A stretch of DNA of 64,000 nt, taken from NCBI RefSeq assembly GCF_009914755.1, contig NC_060948.1. One strand, written 5' to 3'. Below the pieces are notes generated by a model that saw only the letters and a list, made by a program, of their open reading frames with translations, had not been told where the DNA came from and ran no database searches. This stretch comes from the human T2T-CHM13v2.0 reference genome, Homo sapiens. Positions 1 through 10,695 of this stretch are shown here, piece after piece (within the stretch, counting starts at the first letter, position 1; every line of letters starts with the position of its first letter). The position numbers and the translations under genes are program-made.

Positions 1-265
1 TTCGAATCCTTTCTATTGCAGTCCATTCCATTCGAGTCCATTCCAATCCCTTCCATTCCATTCCATTACAGTCCATTCCAATAGATTCCATTCCTTTGCC
101 TTCCATTCGAATCCATTCCATTCTAGTCCATTCCATTCCATTCCATTCTATTCCTTTCCAATCCATTCGATTCCATTCGATTCAATTCCATTTGATTCTC
201 TTTCATTCTATTTTATTCCATGCCATTTGATTGCATTGCATTCCATTCCGTTTGATTCCAGTCCA

Positions 266-278
266 TTCAAGAAAGTTC
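266..278. promoter_or_regulatory. Consensus heat-shock element TTCaaGAAagTTC (HSE-a; equivalent site in all 18 units)
   Basis: Exact match to TTCnnGAAnnTTC. Motif only; binding is not shown. Confidence 0.5.
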
Positions 279-1291
279 CATTCCAGTCCATTGCTTTCCA
301 GTCCATTCCATTCCACTCTAGTCTATTCCACTCCATTCCTTTCCATTCCATTCCATACTATTCCATTCCATTCCTTTGCATTCCGTTTGCAATCTATTCG
401 AGTCCATTGCATTCCAGTCCAATCCATTCCATTACATTCCTTTTGATTCCCTGCCAGTCGATTGCATTGCATACTAGACCATTCCAAACGAGTCCATTCC
501 ATTCTATCTCAACACTTTCCATTCCAATCTGTTCGAGTCCATTCCATTCCAGTCCATTTAATTCAAGGGCATTCCATTCCATTCCATTCCATTCCATTTC
601 ATATTATTCCATTCCATTCAATTCCATTCCAGATGATTCCATTCCATTCTATACCATTGCTCTCTGTTCTATTCCATTCCATCTGTCTCCATTCCTTTCG
701 TTTCGATTCCTTTCCATTCCATTCCATTACATTTGATCCTATTTTATTAAATTGCATTCTATTCGAGTGATTTCCATTCGAGTCCTTTCCATTCGATTCC
801 ATTCCATTCTATTCCATTCCTTTGGATTCCATTCCATTCCGTTCCGTTCACATCAATTCCTTGCGATTCCATTACATTCGATTTCTTGCCATCCGATTCC
901 ATTCCTTTTGACTCCATTTCATTCGATTCCATTCCATTCCATTAATTTCCATTCCATTCGAGACCTTTCCATTGCAGTCTTTTCCCTTCGAGTCCATTCC
1001 GTTCGATTCCCTTCCATTCGATTCCATTCCATTGGAGTCCGTACCAGTCGAGTCCATTCTATTCCAGTCCATTAGTTTCGACTCCATTGCATTCGAGTGC
1101 ATTCCATTCCGTGGCTGTCCATTCCATTCCGTTTGATGCCATTCCATACGATTCCATTCAATTCGAGACCATTCTATTCCTCTCCATTCCTTGTGGTTCG
1201 ATTCCATTTCACTCTAGTCCATTCCATTCCATTCAATTCCATTCGACTCTATTCCGTTCCATTCAATTCCATTCCATTCGATTCCATTTTT

Positions 1292-1304
1292 TTCGAGAAC
1301 CTTC
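1292..1304. promoter_or_regulatory. Consensus heat-shock element TTCgaGAAccTTC (HSE-b; all 18 units)
   Basis: Exact match to TTCnnGAAnnTTC. Motif only. Confidence 0.5.
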
Positions 1305-1571
1305 CATTACACTCCCTTCCATTCCAGTGCATTCCATTCCAGTCTCTTCAGTTCGATTCCATTCCATTCGTTTCGATTCCTTTCCATTCCAGCCCATTCC
1401 ATTCCATTCCATTCCTTTCCTTTCCGTTTCATTAGATTCCATTGCATTCCATTCCATTCAATTCAATTCCGTGCTATTCAATTTGATTCATTTCCATTTA
1501 ATTCCATTCCATTAGATTCCATTCCGTACGATTCCATTCCTTTGGAATCCATTCCATTGGAGTCCATTCAC

Positions 1572-1584
1572 TTCCAGAACATTC
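1572..1584. promoter_or_regulatory. Consensus heat-shock element TTCcaGAAcaTTC (HSE-c; 16 of 18 units)
   Basis: Exact match to TTCnnGAAnnTTC. Destroyed by G>C at 5151 (U2) and 8719 (U3). Confidence 0.5.
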
Positions 1585-2325
1585 CATTCCAGTCGAATCC
1601 ATTCGAGTACATTCCATTAAAGTTCATTACATTCTAATACATTCCATTCCATTGCATTCCATTCCATTCCATTCGATGCCATTCGATTGCATTCCATGCC
1701 AAATCATTGCATTCCTTACCATTCCGTTCCTATCAATTCCATTCCATTCGATTTAGTTCGATTCTATTCACTTCCATTCCATTCGATTCCATTCCATTGG
1801 AGTCAATTCCTTTCGACACCCAGCCTTTCCAGTCAATGATTTTGGATTCCATTTTGTTGCATTCCATTACATTCTATGACATTCGATTCCGTTTCATTGC
1901 ATTCCATTCCATACATTTTTATTCCATTCGAGACCGTAGCATTCCACTTTATTCCAGCCCTGTCCATTACACTACATTCCCTTCCATTCCAATGAATTCC
2001 ATTCCATTCCAATCCATTCCTTTCCTTTCGCTTGCATTCCATTCTATTCCCTTCTACTGCATACAATTTCACTCCATTCGTTCCCATTCCATTCAATTCC
2101 ATTCCATTCAATTCCATTCCATTTGTTTCCATTCTCTTCGATTCCATTTCTTTATATTCCATGCCATTCGATTCCATTCTATTGGATTGCATTACATTCG
2201 TGTTCATTCCATTCCAGACCATTCCATTTGACTCCATTCCTTTCGAGCCCTTTCAATTTGAGTCCATTCCTTTCCAGTCCATTTCACTCCAGTCCATTAC
2301 TATCCATTCCATACCATTCCATCCC

Positions 2326-2370
2326 ATTCCATTCCATTCCATTCCATTCCATTCCATTCCATTCCATTCC
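2326..2370 (+). repeat. Pure (ATTCC)9 tract; length-variable among units (for example 10 copies at 16564-16613 and 41417-41466)
   Basis: Uninterrupted pentamers following ATACCATTCCATCCC. Confidence 0.85.
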
Positions 2371-3554
2371 ATTGCATTCAATTCCATTCCATTCCATTGC
2401 ACTGCACTCCATTCCGTTACATTCTACTCTATCTGAGTCGGTTTTATTGCATTAGATTCTATTCCATTGGATTACCTTCCATTCGATTACATTCCATTCA
2501 TGTACATTCCATTCCAGTCAATTACATTCGAGTTCATTACATTACATTTCAGTATATTCCATTCTATTCGATCCCATTCCTTTCAATTCCATTTCATTCG
2601 ACTCCATTATATTCCATTCCATTCCACTCGAATCCATTCCATTAGAGGACATTCCATTCCAATGCATTCCATTCCATTCCATAGCATTCCATTGCATTCG
2701 ATTCCATTCCATTTGATGCCATTCCATTTGATGCCATTCCATGACATTCCATTCCATTCGAGTCCATTCCGTTCCAATTCATTCCATTCCGTTTCATGAA
2801 ATTCGAGTCCTTTCCAGTACATTTCATTCCAATCCCATCCAATCCAATCTACTCCATTCAACTCCTTTCCATTCCATTTGATTAGATTCCATTGATTTGA
2901 TTCCATTCAGTTTGATTCCATTCCGTGAAATTTCGTTCCATTCTATTCCATTGCATTACTTTACATTCAATTCCATTCCATTTCATTTCAGTCCATTCGC
3001 TTCCTTTCCTTTCGATTCAATTCCATTTGATTCCACTCCATTCTATGCGATTTCATTCCAATCGATTCAATTCCATTCGATGACATTCCTTTCGTTTCCA
3101 TTCCATTCGAGTCCATTCAATTTGAGCATTCGTGTCCATTCTATTCGAGTCCATTCCATTACCGTCTATTCTATTCCCTTCCATTCCTGTTGATTCAATT
3201 TCATTCCCTTCCATTCGATTCCTTTCCATTCGATTCCATTCCTTTCCATTCCATTCCATTCGTTCCCATTCCATGTGATTTCATTCCATTCCAGTCCATT
3301 ATATTCGAGTCCACTCCACTCCATTCTATTACATTCAATTCCTTTTGAGTCCGTTCCATAACACTCCATTCATTTCGATTCCATTTCTTGCCAGTTTTCT
3401 TCCATTTTATTCCATTCCGTTCGATTCCATTCCATTCGATTGCATTCCATTCGAATCCTTTCCATTCCATTTCATTCCATTCCTTTCTATTCCATTCCAT
3501 TTCATTCGATTTAATTCCATTCTGTTCTATTCCATTCAATTCTTTTTCATTCCA

Positions 3555-6500
3555 TTCGAATCCTTTCTATTGCAGTCCATTCCATTCGAGTCCATTCCAA
3601 TCCCTTCCATTCCATTCCATTACAGTCCATTCCAATAGATTCCATTCCTTTGCCTTCCATTCGAATCCATTCCATTCTAGTCCATTCCATTTGAGTCAAT
3701 TCCATTCCATTCCATTCTATTCCTTTCCAATCCATTCGATTCCATTCGATTCAATTCCATTTGATTCTCTTTCATTCTATTTTATTCCATGCCATTTGAT
3801 TGCATTGCATTCCATTCCGTTTGATTCCAGTCCATTCAGGAAAGTTCCATTCCAGTCCATTGCTTTCCAGTCCATTCCATTCCACTCTAGTCTATTCCAC
3901 TCCATTCCTTTCCATTCCATTCCATACTATTCCACTCCGTTCCTTTGCATTCCGTTTCCAATCTATTCGAGTCCATTGCATTCCAGTCCAATCCATTCCA
4001 TTACATTCCTTTTGATTCCCTGCCAGTCGATTGCATTGCATACTAGACCATTCCAAAGGAGTCCATTCCATTCTATCTCAACACTTTCCATTCCACTCTG
4101 TTCGAGTCCATTCCATTCCAGTCCATTTAATTCAAGGGCATTCCATTCCATTCCATTCCATTCCATTCCATTTCATATTATTCCATTCCATTCAATTCCA
4201 TTCCAGATGATTCCATTCCATTCTATACCATTGCTCTCTGTTCCATTCCATTCCATCTGTCTCCATTCCTTTCGTTTCGATTCCTTTCCATTCCATTCCA
4301 TTACATTTGATCCTATTTTATTAAATTGCATTCTATTCGAGTGATTTCCATTCGAGTCCTTTCCATTCGATTCCATTCCATTCTATTCCATTCCTTTGGA
4401 TTCCATTCCATTCCGTTCCGTTCACATCAATTCCTTGCGATTCCATTACATTCGATTTCTTGCCATTCGATTCCATTCCTTTTGACTCCATTTCATTCGA
4501 TTCCATTCCATTCCATTAATTTCCATTCCATTCGAGACCTTTCCATTGCAGTCTTTTCCCTTTGAGTCCATTCCGTTCGATTCCCTTCCATTCGATTCCA
4601 TTCCATTGGAGTCCGTACCAGTCGAGTCCATTCTATTCCAGTCCATTAGTTTCGACTCCATTGCATTCGAGTGCATTCCATTCCGTGGCTGTCCATTCCA
4701 TTCCGTTTGATGCCATTCCATACGATTCCATTCAATTCGAGACCATTCTATTCCTGTCCATTCCTTGTGGTTCGATTCCATTTCACTCTAGTCCATTCCA
4801 TTCCATTCAATTCCATTCGACTCTATTCCGTTCCATTCAATTCCATTCCATTCGATTCCATTTTTTTCGAGAACCTTCCATTACACTCCCTTCCATTCCA
4901 GTGCATTCCATTCCAGTCTCTTCAGTTCGATTCCATTCCATTCGTTTCGATTCCTTTCCATTCCAGCCCATTCCATTCCATTCCATTCCTTTCCTTTCCG
5001 TTTCATTAGATTCCATTGCATTCCATTCCATTCAATTCAATTCCGTGCTATTCAATTTGATTCATTTCCATTTAATTCCATTCCATTAGATTCCATTCCG
5101 TTCGATTCCATTCCTTTTGAATCCATTCCATTGGAGTCCATTCACTTCCACAACATTCCATTCCAGTCGAATCCATTCGAGTACATTCCATTAAAGTTCA
5201 TTACATTCTAATACATTCCATTCCATTGCATTCCATTCCATTCCATTCGATGCCATTCGATTGCATTCCATGCCAAATCATTGCATTCCTTTCCATTCCG
5301 TTCCTATCAATTCCATTCCATTCGATTTAGTTCGATTCTATTCACTTCCATTCCATTCGATTCCATTCCATTGGAGTCAATTCCTTTCGACACCCAGCCT
5401 TTCCAGTCAATGATTTTGGATTCCATTTTTTGCATTCCATTACATTCTATGACATTCGATTCCGTTTCATTGCATTCCATTCCATACATTTTTATTCCAT
5501 TCGAGACCGTAGCATTCCACTTTATTCCAGGCCTGTCCATTACACTACATTCCCTTCCATTCCAATGAATTCCATTCCATTCCAATCCATTCCTTTCCTT
5601 TCGCTTGCATTCCATTCTATTCTCTTCTACTGCATACAATTTCACTCCATTCGTTCCCATTCCATTCAATTCCATTCCATTCAATTCCATTCCATTTGTT
5701 TCCATTCTCTTCGATTCCATTTCTTTATATTCCATGCCATTCGATTACATTCTATTGGATTGCATTACATTCGTGTTCATTCCATTCCAGACCATTCCTT
5801 TTGACTCCATTCCTTTCGAGTCCTTTCAATTTGAGTCCATTCCTTTCCAGTCCATTTCTCTCCAGTCCATTACTATCCATTCCATACCATTCCATCCCAT
5901 TCCAATCCATTCCATTCCATTCCATAACATTCCATTCCATTCCATTGCATTCCATTCCATTCCATTCCATTGCACTGCACTCCATTCCATTACATTCTAC
6001 TCTATTTGAGTCGATTTTATTGCATTAGATTCTATTCCATTAGATTACTTTCCATTCGATTACATTCCATTCATGTACATTCCATTCCAGTCAATTACAT
6101 TCGAGTTCATTACATTACATTCCAGTATATTCCATTGTATTCGATCCCATTCCTTTCAATTCCATTTCATTCGACTCCATTATATTCGATTCCATTCCAC
6201 TCGAATCCATTCCATTAGAGGACATTCCATTCCAATGCATTCCATTCCATTCCATAGCATTCCATTGCATTCGATTCCATTCCATTTGATGCCATTCCAT
6301 TTGATGCCATTCCATGACATTCCATTCCATTCGAGTCCGTTCCATTCCAATTCATTCCATTCCGTTTCATGAAATTCGAGTCCTTTCCAGTACATTTCAT
6401 TCCAATCCCATCCAATCCAATCTACTCCATTCAATTCCTTTCCATTCCATTTGATTTGATTCCATTGGTTTGATTCCATTCAGTTTGATTCCATTCTGTG

Positions 6501-7127
6501 AAATTTCGTTCCATTCTATTCCATTGCATTACTTTCCATTCAATTCCATTCCATTTCATTTCAGTCCATTCGCTTCCTTTCCTTTCGATTCAATTCCATT
6601 TGATTCCACTCCATTCTATGCGATTTCATTCCAATCGATTCAATTCCATTCGATGACATTCCTTTCGTTTCCATTCCATTCGAGTCCATTCAATTTGAGC
6701 ATTCGTGTCCATTCTATTCGAGTCCATTCCATTACCGTCTATTCTACTCCCTTCCATTCCTGTTGATTCAATTTCATTCCCTTCCATTCGATTCCTTTCC
6801 ATTCGATTCCATTCCTTTCCATTCCATTCCATTCGTTCCCATTCCATGTGATTTCATTCCATTCCAGTCCATTATATTCGAGTCCACTCCACTCCATTCT
6901 ATTACATTCAATTCCTTTTGAGTCCGTTCCATAACACTCCATTCATTTCGATTCCATTTCTTGCCAGTTTTCTTCCATTTTATTCCATTCCGTTCGATTC
7001 CATTCCATTCGATTGCATTCCATTCGAATCCTTTCCATTCCATTTCATTCCATTCCTTTCTATTCCATTCCATTTCATTCGATTTAATTCCATTCTGTTC
7101 TATTCCATTCAATTCTTTTTCATTCCA
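3555..7127 (+). repeat. DYZ1 unit U2 (3573 bp)
   Basis: Anchor at 3555; HaeIII at 5530; near-identical to U3. Confidence 0.92.
5516..5669 (+). other. DYZ1 sex-determination PCR amplicon (Y1.1/Y1.2-type), 154 bp; recurs in each unit
   Basis: TCCACTTTATTCCAGGCCTGTCC at 5516-5538 and CCATTCGTTCCCATTCCATTCAA at 5647-5669. Primer identity recalled from memory, not searched. Confidence 0.7.
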
Positions 7128-10100
7128 TTCGAATCCTTTCTATTGCAGTCCATTCCATTCGAGTCCATTCCAATCCCTTCCATTCCATTCCATTACAGTC
7201 CATTCCAATAGATTCCATTCCTTTGCCTTCCATTCGAATCCATTCCATTCTAGTCCATTCCATTTGAGTCAATTCCATTCCATTCCATTCTATTCCTTTC
7301 CAATCCATTCGATTCCATTCGATTCAATTCCATTTGATTCTCTTTCATTCTATTTTATTCCATGCCATTTGATTGCATTGCATTCCATTCCGTTTGATTC
7401 CAGTCCATTCAGGAAAGTTCCATTCCAGTCCATTGCTTTCCAGTCCATTCCATTCCACTCTAGTCTATTCCACTCCATTCCTTTCCATTCCATTCCATAC
7501 TATTCCACTCCGTTCCTTTGCATTCCGTTTCCAATCTATTCGAGTCCATTGCATTCCAGTCCAATCCATTCCATTACATTCCTTTTGATTCCCTGCCAGT
7601 CGATTGCATTGCATACTAGACCATTCCAAAGGAGTCCATTCCATTCTATCTCAACACTTTCCATTCCTCTCTGTTCGAGTCCATTCCATTCCAGTCCATT
7701 TAATTCAAGGGCATTCCATTCCATTCCATTCCATTCCATTTCATATTATTCCATTCCATTCAATTCCATTCCAGATGATTCCATTCCATTCTATACCATT
7801 GCTCTCTGTTCCATTCCATTCCATCTGTCTCCATTCCTTTCGTTTCGATTCCTTTCCATTCCATTCCATTACATTTGATCCTATTTTATTAAATTGCATT
7901 CTATTCGAGTGATTTCCATTCGAGTCCTTTCCATTCGATTCCATTCCATTCTATTCCATTCCTTTGGATTCCATTCCATTCCGTTCCGTTCACATCAATT
8001 CCTTGCGATTCCATTACATTCGATTTCTTGCCATTCGATTCCATTCCTTTTGACTCCATTTCATTCGATTCCATTCCATTCCATTAATTTCCATTCCATT
8101 CGAGACCTTTCCATTGCAGTCTTTTCCCTTTGAGTCCATTCCGTTCGATTCCCTTCCATTCGATTCCATTCCATTGGAGTCCGTACCAGTCGAGTCCATT
8201 CTATTCCAGTCCATTAGTTTCGACTCCATTGCATTCGAGTGCATTCCATTCCGTGGCTGTCCATTCCATTCCGTTTGATGCCATTCCATACGATTCCATT
8301 CAATTCGAGACCATTCTATTCCTGTCCATTCCTTGTGGTTCGATTCCATTTCACTCTAGTCCATTCCATTCCATTCAATTCCATTCGACTCTATTCCGTT
8401 CCATTCAATTCCATTCCATTCGATTCCATTTTTTTCGAGAACCTTCCATTACACTCCCTTCCATTCCAGTGCATTCCATTCCAGTCTCTTCAGTTCGATT
8501 CCATTCCATTCGTTTCGATTCCTTTCCATTCCAGCCCATTCCATTCCATTCCATTCCTTTCCTTTCCGTTTCATTAGATTCCATTGCATTCCATTCCATT
8601 CAATTCAATTCCGTGCTATTCAATTTGATTCATTTCCATTTAATTCCATTCCATTAGATTCCATTCCGTTCGATTCCATTCCTTTTGAATCCATTCCATT
8701 GGAGTCCATTCACTTCCACAACATTCCATTCCAGTCGAATCCATTCGAGTACATTCCATTAAAGTTCATTACATTCTAATACATTCCATTCCATTGCATT
8801 CCATTCCATTCCATTCGATGCCATTCGATTCCATTCCATGCCAAATCATTGCATTCCTTTCCATTCCGTTCCTATCAATTCCATTCCATTCGATTTAGTT
8901 CGATTCTATTCACTTCCATTCCATTCGATTCCATTCCATTGGAGTCAATTCCTTTCGACACCCAGCCTTTCCAGTCAATGATTTTGGATTCCATTTTTTG
9001 CATTCCATTACATTCTATGACATTCGATTCCGTTTCATTGCATTCCATTCCATACATTTTTATTCCATTCGAGACCGTAGCATTCCACTTTATTCCAGGC
9101 CTGTCCATTACACTACATTCCCTTCCATTCCAATGAATTCCATTCCATTCCAATCCATTCCTTTCCTTTCGCTTGCATTCCATTCTATTCTCTTCTACTG
9201 CATACAATTTCACTCCATTCGTTCCCATTCCATTCAATTCCATTCCATTCAATTCCATTCCATTTGTTTCCATTCTCTTCGATTCCATTTCTTTATATTC
9301 CATGCCATTCGATTACATTCTATTGGATTGCATTACATTCGTGTTCATTCCATTCCAGACCATTCCATTTGACTCCATTCCTTTCGAGCCCTTTCAATTT
9401 GAGTCCATTCCTTTCCAGTCCATTTCACTCCAGTCCATTACTATCCATTCCATACCATTCCATCCCATTCCAATCCATTCCATTCCATTCCATAACATTC
9501 CATTCCATTCCATTGCATTCCATTCCATTCCATTCCATTGCACTGCATTCCATTCCATTACATTCTACTCTATTTGAGTCGATTTTATTGCATTAGATTC
9601 TATTCCATTAGATTACTTTCCATTCGATTACATTCCATTCATGTACATTCCATTCCAGTCAATGACATTCGAGTTCATTACATTACATTCCAGTATATTC
9701 CATTGTATTCGATCCCATTCCTTTCAATTCCATTTCATTCGACTCCATTATATTCGATTCCATTCCACTCGAATCCATTCCATTAGAGGACATTCCATTC
9801 CAATGCATTCCATTCCATTCCATAGCATTCCATTGCATTCGATTCCATTCCATTTGATGACATTCCATTTGATGCCATTCCATGACATTCCATTCCATTC
9901 GAGTCCGTTCCGTTCCAATTCATTCCATTCCGTTTCATGAAATTCGAGTCCTTTCCAGTACATTTCATTCCAATCCCATCCAATCCAATCTACTCCATTC
10001 AATTCCTTTCCATTCCATTTGATTTGATTCCATTGGTTTGATTCCATTCAGTTTGATTCCATTCCGTGAAATTTCGTTCCATTCTATTCCATTGCATTAC

Positions 10101-10695
10101 TTTCCATTCAATTCCATTCCATTTCATTTCAGTCCATTCGCTTCCTTTCCTTTCGATTCAATTCCATTTGATTCCACTCCATTCTATGCGATTTCATTCC
10201 AATCGATTCAATTCCATTCGATGACATTCCTTTCGTTTCCATTCCATTCGAGTCCATTCAATTTGAGCATTCGTGTCCATTCTATTCGAGTCCATTCCAT
10301 TACCGTCTATTCTATTCCCTTCCATTCCTGTTGATTCAATTTCATTCCCTTCCATTCGATTCCTTTCCATTCGATTCCATTCCTTTCCATTCCATTCCAT
10401 TCGTTCCCATTCCATGTGATTTCATTCCATTCCAGTCCATTATATTCGAGTCCACTCCACTCCATTCTATTACATTCAATTCCTTTTGAGTCCGTTCCAT
10501 AACACTCCATTCATTTCGATTCCATTTCTTGCCAGTTTTCTTCCATTTTATTCCATTCCATTCGATTCCATTCCATTCGATTGCATTCCATTCGAATCCT
10601 TTCCATTCCATTTCATTCCATTCCTTTCTATTCCATTCCATTTCATTCGATTTGATTCCATTCTGTTCTATTCCATTCAATTCTTTTTCATTCCA
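7128..10695 (+). repeat. DYZ1 unit U3 (3568 bp)
   Basis: Anchor at 7128; HaeIII at 9098. Confidence 0.92.

Larger units (their letters stand above)
1..3554 (+). repeat. DYZ1 unit U1 (3554 bp; arbitrary phase, units start at TTCGAATCCTTTCTATTGCAG)
   Basis: Anchor recurs at 3555. HaeIII site mutated (GCCC at 1957-1960). Short allele at offset ~130. Confidence 0.92.

Noticed and set aside
2793-2934. Further HSE-like sites TTCatGAA (~2793) and GAAatTTC (~2927)
   Set aside because: Each has only two correctly spaced nGAAn units, so neither is a full trimeric HSE.
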